Part shown: positions 10,294 through 19,294 of the stretch, piece by piece
Layout of the letters: each line of letters begins with the position of its first letter
Position numbering within the stretch: the stretch's first letter is position 1
Source: Alphaproteobacteria bacterium
GTDB taxonomy: Bacteria > Pseudomonadota > Alphaproteobacteria > RF32 > CAG-239
Reading direction: 5' to 3'
DNA: 64,000 nucleotides
NCBI GenBank assembly: GCA_028706255.1
Contig: JAQWBS010000005.1
Coordinates: 35,673 to 99,672, forward strand
Notes under the pieces: generated by a model
Told to the model about the DNA's origin: nothing
Database searches by the model: none
Seen by the model: the letters and a program-made list of their open reading frames with translations, nothing else
Program-made: the position numbers and the translations under genes

Positions 10294-13200
10294 ATGGGAA
10301 TGTTAAATAAGAAAAAATATTTAGCCAGAAGAATTACGGACTATGTCGGAACAGCGATTTTTGCTTTCTTGCTCATTTTTATATGGCAACTTTATCGTTC
10401 GCCAATTCCATTGCCTTTCTTAAAGCCATATATCATCAAAGCCTTGAATCACGATAGTCAGGAATATGCTGTGGCGGTTGAAAGTGTGAACTTAGAATTA
10501 GTCCGCTCCATTCAGCCAATTAAGATTATTGCTCGAGAGGTTGAATATAAAAACAATAAAGGTAGCATTTCAATTAATGCACCAAGAATTGAAATTTCAT
10601 TCAGTGTACGTGCCTTAATTCGAGGCATAATTTCGCCGAGTTCTGTTGTGTTTGATAGCCCATCTGTTTCCGTTTTTACCAACTATGGTGAAACAGATAA
10701 AAGTTCTGAAATGAGCTTGAATGAGAAAAAAATCGGCTATTATTTCGACACTTTCAATCGCTTCATTGAGCGTTTCAATTCGCAAGATTTATCTTATCCT
10801 GAAAGTTATATCAATTATATTGCCATTCAAAATGGTGATTTTGAGTTTCATGAGGTTGACCTTAATCGAAACTGGAATTTTGTTAAAGCAAATTATGTGT
10901 TTGATAGGGATAGAGAAGATATAAACATTGGCATTGATGGTAATTTGATGATGGGTGAAGAAGCTGTTCCGCTTGATTTTGATTTGAAATATATGCCAAA
11001 AGTTGAGAAAGTTGACATTGATTTAGCCTTTTCAAATTTCTTGCCCTCAAAGGCTGTGGAAGCTTTTATTTCCGAGCAAGAACAAGCTGCAATCTATAAG
11101 GTTGATGTGCCAATTAATGGCAAACTTGACATTCTTGTCGATTTTAAGAAAGTTTTACAAAACAAGAATAATATCTCTAAGAGTTTAGACACTGCTGTTG
11201 AAGACTTCAAATTTAGATTTGAAGGAGATGATGGCAAAATTGCTTTTTCTGATAATGAAGCGTTTAACTATGACATTAAGGCATTTAGTTTGTCTGGGGA
11301 AGTTGACAGTGGCTTAAATGAAATTAAAATTTCTGATGCGCAGTTTGATATGGGAGAGAAGTCGACTTCTTTGAGTTTATATATTTCAGGTTTTAAAAAT
11401 TTATTACTCAAGAGTTCAATGAAAGACTTGAAAATTACGCTCAAGACTGAAGTTGAAAAAATGAATTTTAGCGAATTGCCTCGTTATTGGCCACGCTATA
11501 TTGCTGAAGATGCTTGGATTTGGGTTAAAGAAGGGATTTATGAGGGAGAAATTAAGGACGCTGCTTTTGCGTTTGAATTTGCTTATGACGCTAAACAAAA
11601 AGGACTTGCTTTCAAAAATTTAAGTGGAGAAGGAAAAGTCGAAAATGCCTCTTTGAATTATCTTGAGGGAATGCCTCATGCGCATAAAGTTTTTGGAAAA
11701 GCCACCTTTTATAATGATAAAATTGATATAAAAATTGATAAGGGTGAATCTGTTGGGAATAAGCTCACAGATGGACGTGTGATTTTATATGATTTAGATA
11801 AATATGATAACTTCATAGATATTCAACTTTCAGCAACTTCTTCCATTCCTGACGCTTTAAAGTTGATTGATAGCCCACCTTTGGAATTTGCAAGTGAAAT
11901 GGGCATTAAACCAGATGATATTTCTGGAAAAGCTGAAATCAATCTTAAACTAGATTTTGAATTAAAGAAAACTTTGACACCTGAAGAAGTGAAAGTGGCA
12001 GTTCAGTCCAAACTTTCAGATGTTACCATTAAAAATATTATCAAAGATAAAATCATCAAAGGGGATAGACTTGATTTGTCTGTGAATAATAAAGAAATGG
12101 TGGTGCGTGGTGATGTTGTGATTGATGAACTTCCAATGAATTTGGTTTGGCAAAAGCCTTTTATGAATAATAAATATCTCAATAAATATGAACTTTCATT
12201 TGATTTGAATACGCATATGAAGAAAAAACTAGGTTTTGATTTTGATATTTTGAAAGCCCCATATTTTATTGGCGATACCAAAATTAAGGCGAATGTGCTA
12301 GAAGTGAAAACAAATAAGTTTAAAGTCAATTTTGCTTCAGATTTGCTTGAAAATGAGATAAATTATGCCTTCCTTGGGTTTCTTAAAGAAAAAGGCGTGG
12401 TCGGAAGTTTGAATTTTTCCGTTGATGTGGAAAATGACAAAGTGAAAAAAATTAATGAGATAAAACTCACTAAAGAAGATTTTGAAGTTGAAGCTTCAAT
12501 GGATTTGAACAAAAAAGGTGAAATTGAAACCATTGATATCACGAAAGTGAAAGGACCCAAAACAAGTGCCAAAGCTAAGGTGATGATGAGCAAAGTGAAT
12601 GGTCAAGAACTAATTAAAGTGAACATTTCTGGATTGAGCTATGACATTTCTAATCTTTTTGAGATAAATATTAAAAGCAATGAAAAAACAGACTTAGATC
12701 CTGAAGAATATCTTAAACAAATGCCAAATACGGACATTAACATTGCCGTGGATAGCTTATGGACAAACAAAGAAGTTCCTGTGACGAACTTTGCGGGAAA
12801 TATGAAAATCAGGAACAAAATTGGCATTGATGAAATAAAAATGGTGGGCAATTTTGCGTATGTTAAAGATTCAAATTTCAGGTTTGAATATCTGCCAAGA
12901 GAACAAGGTGAGCATCTCATTAATGTCACCAGTAGTGATGCTGGAAAAGCTCTGAAAATTTTGAGGCTATATGACTATATGAATGGGGGAGATTTAAAAA
13001 TTTCTGCGCTTAAAGAAAAAGATGGTAAAATTGTTGGGCATGCCAAAATTAGAAGTTTTAACATCTTAAACACCAGTTTGTTGGCAAAAGTGGTGAGTAT
13101 GGCATCTTTAACAGGCATTATTAACACGTTGAGCGGTGAAGGAATTGCTTTTTCTCACCTTGACGTGCCATTTGAATTTGATGGTAGTGTGATAGAGATG

Positions 13201-13491
13201 AAAGAAGCAAAAGCTTTCGGAAATGTGTTGGGAATTTCGGCAAATGGTTATTATGATTATGACACAAGCCGTATAAAACTGGGAGGAATGCTTGCCCCTG
13301 CTTATAGTATCAATCGTTTTCTGGCAGGAATTCCACTGGTTGGAAGATTGCTTTCAGGAAAAGATGGCACAGTCTTTGCCGCGAGCTATCGTGTTTCTGG
13401 GGATGCGGAAAACCCTAAAATTAAAGTTGATCCACTTTCGGCAATTAGCCCTAATTCTATTAAAGAGATGTTTTCTAAAGATGAAAATTAA
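10294..13491 (+). CDS. AsmA-family / DUF3971 large envelope protein (AsmA_2 C-terminal domain)
   Basis: N-terminal TM; 1065 aa; C-terminal region (…GISANGYYDYD…GGMLAPAYSINRFLAGIPLVGRLLSGKDGTVFAASYRVSGDAENPKIKVDPLS…) matches the conserved tail of AsmA/YhdP-like proteins. Confidence 0.6.
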   Translation: MGMLNKKKYLARRITDYVGTAIFAFLLIFIWQLYRSPIPLPFLKPYIIKALNHDSQEYAVAVESVNLELVRSIQPIKIIAREVEYKNNKGSISINAPRIEISFSVRALIRGIISPSSVVFDSPSVSVFTNYGETDKSSEMSLNEKKIGYYFDTFNRFIERFNSQDLSYPESYINYIAIQNGDFEFHEVDLNRNWNFVKANYVFDRDREDINIGIDGNLMMGEEAVPLDFDLKYMPKVEKVDIDLAFSNFLPSKAVEAFISEQEQAAIYKVDVPINGKLDILVDFKKVLQNKNNISKSLDTAVEDFKFRFEGDDGKIAFSDNEAFNYDIKAFSLSGEVDSGLNEIKISDAQFDMGEKSTSLSLYISGFKNLLLKSSMKDLKITLKTEVEKMNFSELPRYWPRYIAEDAWIWVKEGIYEGEIKDAAFAFEFAYDAKQKGLAFKNLSGEGKVENASLNYLEGMPHAHKVFGKATFYNDKIDIKIDKGESVGNKLTDGRVILYDLDKYDNFIDIQLSATSSIPDALKLIDSPPLEFASEMGIKPDDISGKAEINLKLDFELKKTLTPEEVKVAVQSKLSDVTIKNIIKDKIIKGDRLDLSVNNKEMVVRGDVVIDELPMNLVWQKPFMNNKYLNKYELSFDLNTHMKKKLGFDFDILKAPYFIGDTKIKANVLEVKTNKFKVNFASDLLENEINYAFLGFLKEKGVVGSLNFSVDVENDKVKKINEIKLTKEDFEVEASMDLNKKGEIETIDITKVKGPKTSAKAKVMMSKVNGQELIKVNISGLSYDISNLFEINIKSNEKTDLDPEEYLKQMPNTDINIAVDSLWTNKEVPVTNFAGNMKIRNKIGIDEIKMVGNFAYVKDSNFRFEYLPREQGEHLINVTSSDAGKALKILRLYDYMNGGDLKISALKEKDGKIVGHAKIRSFNILNTSLLAKVVSMASLTGIINTLSGEGIAFSHLDVPFEFDGSVIEMKEAKAFGNVLGISANGYYDYDTSRIKLGGMLAPAYSINRFLAGIPLVGRLLSGKDGTVFAASYRVSGDAENPKIKVDPLSAISPNSIKEMFSKDEN

Positions 13492-13954
13492 AAGTCTTAA
13501 AATTGGACTGGATTTTCATGGAGTCATTAATGAGCATTATAAATTTTTTGAAGAATTTACGTCGCTTGCTTTAGCGAGAGGGCATAAAATTTTTGTCATT
13601 AGTGGAGGAAAAGGGGCTGTCTTGAAAAAAGAGTTGGCAGAGCACAACATTAAATATAGTGAGCTTTATTCTCTTTATGATTATTTTTCAGCATTAGGTT
13701 TGGTTGAAACGTTATCGGATGGCAGGTTTTATGTTGATGAAACTTTGTGGAACAAGCAAAAGGCAATTTATTGTTTGGAACAAAAAATTGATGTCCATAT
13801 TGATGATAGCATAGGATATTTACATAATTTTGAAACAGATTACTATCATTGCAATCCAGAGCAAAAGAAATGTTTTTGCTCTTGCCAAAAAGAAGTTCCA
13901 TTCTTTGTTAATCCGCACTTAGCCCTTCAGGAGATTGAAAAGACCTTTGGTTAA
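13481..13954 (+). CDS. Hypothetical protein (158 aa); start overlaps the stop of the AsmA-family gene
   Basis: ATG at 13481 overlaps the upstream stop (13489-13491); weak HAD-like LDFHGVI / VHIDDS motifs; the ORF-track extension to 13292 overlaps the previous gene and is rejected. Confidence 0.4.
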   Translation: MKIKSLKIGLDFHGVINEHYKFFEEFTSLALARGHKIFVISGGKGAVLKKELAEHNIKYSELYSLYDYFSALGLVETLSDGRFYVDETLWNKQKAIYCLEQKIDVHIDDSIGYLHNFETDYYHCNPEQKKCFCSCQKEVPFFVNPHLALQEIEKTFG

Positions 13955-13959
13955 TGACC

Positions 13960-14190
13960 TCAATCAAAGGTCTTTTTTGCATAATCACGATATGCTCTGA
14001 GCAATTTTTCAAGCTTAATTGGGTTGAGTTCTTTCTTCTTTAATTTTGCAATATCTTTCGTTTTATTCAGACAAACTGCATTGAGCCATTTTTTATCATA
14101 GCTTATGTTTTGTTGTAAAAAATTATATCTATTTTCAAGTTCGTTGAGGGTTTCTGAAGCTCCCTCAAGATAAATTTTATTGTTTCTCAT
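13960..14190 (-). CDS. Hypothetical 76-aa protein co-transcribed downstream of the phage repressor
   Basis: 3-nt gap from the repressor stop; charged, helical; no family recognised. Confidence 0.4.
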   Translation of the reverse strand: MRNNKIYLEGASETLNELENRYNFLQQNISYDKKWLNAVCLNKTKDIAKLKKKELNPIKLEKLLRAYRDYAKKTFD

Positions 14191-14193
14191 TTT

Positions 14194-14802
14194 TTACTGA
14201 CTTACCCATAAAATTCGATTGATTTCTTTGATTTTGCTAATTTCTAAGCTAATTTCTTTTTGTTTATCATTTAGCTCTATAATTTCGATTGTGCGAGCTG
14301 TTCTGCGAATAAATTCACCGATAAAAATGTTTCCATCAGAATATTTCACAAGGATTCGGTCTTTGCGTCTGGTTTCAGAATTTTGAGAGAGAATTAGAAT
14401 TGAGCCAATGTCATAAATGAGGGTTTCACAATCAATTTCTATGGCATAAAGCTTGTCTTTACTGTCTGGAAATTTGATTTTTTTTAGATAAGTCTTATCC
14501 TCTAAAAGCTCAGCATTTTCTTCAAGTTTTGAGAGCTCAACATAAGGAATATTGTGCGCTAAACTCTTGGGAGAAGATGTTTTTCCTAAGTTATAAAACT
14601 CTTCAAAACTGATGTGACAAGATTCGATAATTTTTTGAATACTATCTAAAGAAGGGAATCTTTTCTTTCCATCAGGTCTTGTTCTTTTGCTTTTATTGAA
14701 GGTTGTGGAGTCAAGCCCTGCTTTTTTTGCGAGTCCGGAAGCTGATAAACCATTTGCTTTGGCTAAGTTATCAACAGCGTCCCAAATTTTTTCGTGATTC
14801 AT
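14194..14802 (-). CDS. Phage CI/LexA-like repressor (N-terminal XRE HTH, C-terminal S24-like peptidase domain)
   Basis: HTH segment LSASGLAKKAGLDSTTFNKSKR; C-terminal β-rich domain with a LexA-like layout (…IGSILIL…LVKYSDG…); divergent to the + strand phage genes. Confidence 0.7.
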   Translation of the reverse strand: MNHEKIWDAVDNLAKANGLSASGLAKKAGLDSTTFNKSKRTRPDGKKRFPSLDSIQKIIESCHISFEEFYNLGKTSSPKSLAHNIPYVELSKLEENAELLEDKTYLKKIKFPDSKDKLYAIEIDCETLIYDIGSILILSQNSETRRKDRILVKYSDGNIFIGEFIRRTARTIEIIELNDKQKEISLEISKIKEINRILWVSQ

Positions 14803-14967
14803 GTTATCTCCTTAAAATCAAGCTATTAACGATTATGTCACTCATTATATATCAAATATAAATAGGAATCAAATCTTTTTTTGATTGAAATTCCTACAAC
14901 CTTATGTATAACCTCATACAGTTAATAAACTATTAATAATATTATACAACTAAAAGGAGTTTTGCTA
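14803..14967. promoter_or_regulatory. Divergent switch region between the repressor and the early operon (candidate operators and promoters)
   Basis: AT-rich 165 bp; inverted repeat AATCAAA-N7-TTTGATT; AAGGAG SD 8 nt before ATG 14968. Confidence 0.4.
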
Positions 14968-15297
14968 ATGGGGAGAATGTATGAGCCTTTTGAGAATGCA
15001 GAAGAGGTTTGGTTCTGGTTTTGCAGTAGCCTTATCAGCCAAGAAGACGGTTGGCGTGCCATGGGTGATTATGGGGGAAAAGAACGTTGTTGCGAAATCA
15101 ATGATATCTATCGAATTATTAAGAGGTTGAAGCTTTGTCACGAAACATCTAATCGTCATTTAAGAGTTGCTCTGAAATGGGGTAAGGAACTGACACCGCC
15201 ATATTATGCTAAAAGAGCAAAGAGAAGCGAAGTGAGAATCTGGGGGGAATTTATCACGGCTTTAGAAACTGCTTTGAAGAAAAAAGGAATTATATGA
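14968..15297 (+). CDS. Hypothetical phage early protein (110 aa, Trp/Cys-rich)
   Basis: Good SD (AAGGAG) then ATG; first gene of the operon divergent from the repressor; no family recognised. Confidence 0.5.
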   Translation: MGRMYEPFENAEEVWFWFCSSLISQEDGWRAMGDYGGKERCCEINDIYRIIKRLKLCHETSNRHLRVALKWGKELTPPYYAKRAKRSEVRIWGEFITALETALKKKGII

Positions 15298-15704
15298 AAA
15301 TGAATAATGCTATAAGCCAAGAAATTTCAGAATATTATGTTGTGTTTATTGATGAAACAAGCCTGTGGTGGTTGAGGTTTTTGAAAAAAGGCTTTCGCCA
15401 TTGTTATTTGCTTTTTCAGATTGATGAGGGAATGACATGGGTTGAAGCGAATCCTATGTCTAATCGTTTTTTCTTTTGTACCTATTCGTTTTGTGAAAAA
15501 GTTGATTATATTGCGGAGCTTAAAAAACAAATGAACTGTGAAATAATTTTACAAAAAGTTGAAAATGTTGGTTTAAAAATCGCACCGCTTAGTTTTTTTT
15601 CTTGTGTGGAATTTGTCAAGAGAAGCTTGGGGATTCATAGCTTTTGGACAATCACACCTTATCAGTTGTATAAAAAATTAAAGATTGTAGGAAAAAAGTC
15701 TTGA
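15294..15704 (+). CDS. Hypothetical phage early protein (136 aa)
   Basis: Start overlaps the previous stop (ATGA), so the two are translationally coupled; no family recognised. Confidence 0.5.
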   Translation: MKMNNAISQEISEYYVVFIDETSLWWLRFLKKGFRHCYLLFQIDEGMTWVEANPMSNRFFFCTYSFCEKVDYIAELKKQMNCEIILQKVENVGLKIAPLSFFSCVEFVKRSLGIHSFWTITPYQLYKKLKIVGKKS

Positions 15705-15767
15705 CAAATGGTTTTTTATATGTTACACCCTTAATTGTCACTAGGGAGTAGTGTATCTAAAATTTAT

Positions 15768-15800
15768 AAAGCTCAGTTGTTTAACTGGGCTTTATTTTTT
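15768..15800 (+). terminator. Rho-independent terminator between the early genes and the tail genes
   Basis: AAAGCTCAGTT-GTTT-AACTGGGCTTT stem followed by ATTTTTTT. Confidence 0.5.
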
Positions 15801-15867
15801 TAGAAAAATGGTGAAGTGGTTTTTAGTCTTTCTTTTGGAAAGGCTATTTTTTTTATTTAGGTGTTTT

Positions 15868-16476
15868 ATGAGCGAGAAGAAAATTAAAACAATTAAGGCT
15901 TTGAAAACACGTTTGAAGAAAACTTTAAGTATTTGCTCTAAAGCTTTATTTAAGCTTGGAGTTGATGGCATTGTTTCCTTTGAAGAAGGAACAGCAGAGG
16001 CGGACATTTCCAACAATCTGTTTGGGTTAATCCGTGATGGGCTTCTTTCTTCATATCCTTGGAGTTTTGCCACTGCACAAAAAAGATTGCCACGCCTTTC
16101 TGAAAATCCGTTAGCAGACTATAAATATGCTTATCTGTTGCCAAACGATTATTTGCGAATGATATCCGCAGGTTCAGGCACAAGAGGGCTTGGGTTAGAG
16201 TATCGCATTCAGAAAAATATGCTACATACTAACGCAGAAGAGGTGGTAATTACTTATATTTTTCGTCCGAAAGAGGAAGATTTTCCTCCGTTTTTTTGCG
16301 ATGTTTTGACCACAAAATTGGCGTCAGAATTTTGTTTGCCGCTCACGGAAGATAATGCCAAAGCAAATATTTTAATTAAAAGGGCTGAAGAAGAAATTAA
16401 AAATGCTCGATTAATTGATTCTCAACAAGCAACCCCGAAAAAGTTTGAAGATTTTACCTTGGTTGAGGTGAGATGA
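15868..16476 (+). CDS. Podovirus tail tubular protein A (T7 gp11-like)
   Basis: Translation aligns by eye along its length with T7 gp11: W-[ST]-F block, DYL-x-[LM]-[MI]-S block, …FPPFFCDVLTTKLASEF… versus …MPECFRYWIVTKASRQF…, and an acidic EEE block. Confidence 0.6.
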   Translation: MSEKKIKTIKALKTRLKKTLSICSKALFKLGVDGIVSFEEGTAEADISNNLFGLIRDGLLSSYPWSFATAQKRLPRLSENPLADYKYAYLLPNDYLRMISAGSGTRGLGLEYRIQKNMLHTNAEEVVITYIFRPKEEDFPPFFCDVLTTKLASEFCLPLTEDNAKANILIKRAEEEIKNARLIDSQQATPKKFEDFTLVEVR

Positions 16477-18374
16477 TGGCGAATATGTTTTCAGTTAAAA
16501 CAAATTTCACAGCAGGGCAAGTTTCTGAAAAAATTTTTGGACGAGGAGATTTAGGGGTTTATGAAAATGGGGCAAGAACTTTGGAAAATGTCATCATTCA
16601 ACCAACAGGCGGTGTTTCAAGAAGAAAAGGCTTGAAATTAGTTGATGAAGTTGAGGCAAAAGCAAAGCTTATTCCATTTGAGTTTAACGTGAATCAGACT
16701 TATCTTTTGTGCTTGTTTAACAACAAAATGCGTGTTTATAAAGATGATATGTTGATTGCTGAAATTGCCACGCCTTGGGCAAATGACCAACTTAATCAAC
16801 TAAACTGGACACAAAGTGCGGATACGCTTTTGGTGGTTCATCCTGAAGTTGCACCTAAGAAAATTACCAGAAATCTTGATGAGGTTTGGAAGGTGGAAGA
16901 TTGGGAATATTACACAAAAGATGGCATGGTTTTCTGCCCTTATTATAACTTTTATCAAAACAGAAATAATTTGCAGTCAAGTGGCACAAGTGGAACAGTG
17001 ACCTTAACAGCAACGGAAGATGTTTTCAGCACAGGCTATGTGGGGGTAATGATAAAACTTGGAACAGGGCTGGTAAAGGTGACGGAATATCTCACCACAA
17101 AGACAGTGAAGGCTTTGGTTTTAAAAAATGTGACAACAACAAGCACAAATGAATGGGAAGAACAGTCTTTTTCACCACTCAGAGGTTATCCAAGGTCGAT
17201 TACTTTTCATCAAGACAGGCTTGTGATTGGTGGCTCTAAAGGCTTGCCCAATCGATTGTGGTTTTCTAAGTCGTCAGATTTATTTAATTTTGACTTAGGC
17301 ACAGGGCTTGATGATGAGGCAATTGAATTTGCCATTTTGTCAGACCAAATCAATGCTATCTGCAATCTCGTTTCCAGCCGTCATTTGCTGATTTTTACCA
17401 CAGGGGCAGAATGGATGTTGTCTGCGGAAACTTTAACGCCAACCAGCTTAGTCTTGAGTTGTCAAACCAATACGGGAAGTTATGGGAAGAATAATCTCTT
17501 ACCGCAACAGATTAATGGGGCGACAGTGTTTGTTTCTAAAAATGGCAAGCAATTGCAAGAGTTTTTATATACAGACACCGAACAGGCATATTTAAGCAAA
17601 GACTTAAATTTGTTGGCAGATAATATTTTACAACAACCGCTTTCAATTGCTTTTTCACAATATGAAAATGTGGTTTATTTGGTGTTGGAAGACGGCACGG
17701 TTTCGGCTTTAACAACTTATCGAACGGAAGAGGTTAATGCTTGGAGCAAGCTTAAAACTTCAGGAGAATTTGTTTCTGTTGCCGTTATTGGGGAAGAAAT
17801 TTATTTTGCTGTGGCAAGAGGAGAAAGATTCTTTATTGAAAGATTTAGCGACACTTTTTTTGCGGATTGTGCAGTTGAATTAACAAGTGAGGATAATCAA
17901 AGCCATTGGGAGGGATTAAGTGTTTACGAAGGGCAAGAGGTTTGTGTTTCCTCAAAGGGGTATAATCTTGGGAAATATATTGTTCAAGATGAGGCAATTG
18001 ACTTGTTTGAGGAAACATCAAAGATTTATGTCGGACTTCCATATGAACATCTGATTGAACCTATGCCTTATATGATGGAAAATATCAAACCAATGCCGGT
18101 TAAAGGACTGCGTGTGGTGAATGCTTTATTTAGATTAATCAACAGCAAGTCTTTTAGGCTTAGATTGGCAGATGAATATGTGACTATTCCTCTAAAGAGA
18201 ATGTATAAAGACCAAATTTTAGATGCTCCTGCAAATAATTTTTCCGGAGACATTAATGTGCGTTCTTTGAAGTGGCTCAGAGAGATGAACTTGCCCATGT
18301 GGAGCATTAAAAGTGATGAACCTGTGGCGTTTAATCTGCTTTTGGCAGCAATGGAAGTGAAAATTAAAATTTAA
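16473..18374 (+). CDS. Podovirus tail tubular protein B (T7 gp12-like)
   Basis: Start overlaps the gp11-like stop (ATGATGG); N-terminal GGVSRRKGLKL and PNRLWFSKSSDLFNF blocks resemble the T7 gp12 motifs GLQKRP and RNRLGF…FNFYP; position immediately after the gp11-like gene. Confidence 0.5.
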   Translation: MMANMFSVKTNFTAGQVSEKIFGRGDLGVYENGARTLENVIIQPTGGVSRRKGLKLVDEVEAKAKLIPFEFNVNQTYLLCLFNNKMRVYKDDMLIAEIATPWANDQLNQLNWTQSADTLLVVHPEVAPKKITRNLDEVWKVEDWEYYTKDGMVFCPYYNFYQNRNNLQSSGTSGTVTLTATEDVFSTGYVGVMIKLGTGLVKVTEYLTTKTVKALVLKNVTTTSTNEWEEQSFSPLRGYPRSITFHQDRLVIGGSKGLPNRLWFSKSSDLFNFDLGTGLDDEAIEFAILSDQINAICNLVSSRHLLIFTTGAEWMLSAETLTPTSLVLSCQTNTGSYGKNNLLPQQINGATVFVSKNGKQLQEFLYTDTEQAYLSKDLNLLADNILQQPLSIAFSQYENVVYLVLEDGTVSALTTYRTEEVNAWSKLKTSGEFVSVAVIGEEIYFAVARGERFFIERFSDTFFADCAVELTSEDNQSHWEGLSVYEGQEVCVSSKGYNLGKYIVQDEAIDLFEETSKIYVGLPYEHLIEPMPYMMENIKPMPVKGLRVVNALFRLINSKSFRLRLADEYVTIPLKRMYKDQILDAPANNFSGDINVRSLKWLREMNLPMWSIKSDEPVAFNLLLAAMEVKIKI

Positions 18375-18389
18375 CGAAAGGAGGAAAAT

Positions 18390-18770
18390 ATGGGAGCAAC
18401 GGCTTTAACAGTAGCTGCTGTGGCAGCTTTTGCAAATCAAAAACATACTGAAAGAAAAACTAGAAGTGCAGAGTTGAAAAGTATACGAAGGCAACAGGCA
18501 ATTAATGAGGCGAAAAAGAAGAATATTTTAGAAGGACAATTGGCAGCAAGAAGAGCCAAAGTTGGAAGTTTAGGAATTTCAACTTCAGGGTCAAATGTTG
18601 CTGTTCAAAATAGATTGGTGGGAGATGCTCAGCGTGAAATTTCTTATGATAATTGGGGCTATCAGGATAAATATGCTCAAGTCTTTAATAATTATCAAGA
18701 CAAAATAAGGAGCGAAGCTATTGATTATGCCCCAAAAGTTTATAATTATGTTGAGAAAATGATAAAGTAG
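18390..18770 (+). CDS. Hypothetical phage protein (126 aa); an internal-virion-protein-like slot after tail tubular B
   Basis: Strong SD (AAGGAGGAAAATATG); positional analogy to T7 gene 13; no sequence family recognised. Confidence 0.45.
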   Translation: MGATALTVAAVAAFANQKHTERKTRSAELKSIRRQQAINEAKKKNILEGQLAARRAKVGSLGISTSGSNVAVQNRLVGDAQREISYDNWGYQDKYAQVFNNYQDKIRSEAIDYAPKVYNYVEKMIK

Positions 18771-18780
18771 GAGAATTGGA

Positions 18781-18975
18781 ATGCCACGAAAAAAAGAAAC
18801 TTATTTGGAAAAAAGAAAAAAAGCTTATCTGAAAGAAATTCCAATTGAAGAGCAATTAGATGCTATCTTAAAAGCTTTTGATATGGTTTTACAGGAAGAT
18901 GGCGTTTTGCCTTATGAACTAATTGATGTGATTGAAAAATGGCAGAAGATTAAGTTTAAATTTCCCAAAGAATGA
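18781..18975 (+). CDS. Hypothetical small protein (64 aa)
   Basis: SD GGAGAATTGGAATG; Lys-rich; no family recognised. Confidence 0.4.
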   Translation: MPRKKETYLEKRKKAYLKEIPIEEQLDAILKAFDMVLQEDGVLPYELIDVIEKWQKIKFKFPKE

Positions 18976-18985
18976 TGCAAAAAAA

Positions 18986-19013
18986 GTGACCCAAAGAGAA
19001 GTCTTTGGGTCAC
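18986..19013. terminator. Bidirectional hairpin terminator between convergent genes
   Basis: GTGACCCAAAG-AGAAGT-CTTTGGGTCAC, a perfect 11-bp stem; A-run on one side and T-rich run on the other, which gives a strong T-run for the minus-strand gene 19049-19294. Confidence 0.5.
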
Positions 19014-19048
19014 GTTTGTAAAATGAAAAAACAAAAATTTAGGAAAAA

Positions 19049-19294
19049 CTATTTTTTCTTATTTTTCTTTTCCAAGTCTTTCAAAATTTCAGGCTTATAA
19101 ATTTCGAGAATTTTATAAACACCAATTAATCCAACTAAAATATAGATTAAATTAACGATGAAACCTAAGCCAATAATATCAAACATATGATGTAAAATAT
19201 CAACATCAAGAAGTCCAAGAACGAGGTAATATGATGTGGCAAAGACGCAGATGAGGTTGCCAAATTTTTTAATGAGTTCAATAATTTTATCCAT
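19049..19294 (-). CDS. Small two-TM membrane protein with a highly charged C-terminus (holin-like)
   Basis: 81 aa; two hydrophobic helices; KDLEKKNKKK tail; convergent with the phage structural genes. Confidence 0.4.
   Translation of the reverse strand: MDKIIELIKKFGNLICVFATSYYLVLGLLDVDILHHMFDIIGLGFIVNLIYILVGLIGVYKILEIYKPEILKDLEKKNKKK

Noticed and set aside
13292-13954. 220-aa ORF-track call starting at 13292
   Set aside because: The first 63 codons overlap the 3' end of the AsmA-family gene in another frame. ATG at 13481, overlapping the upstream stop, gives a sensible 158-aa protein.
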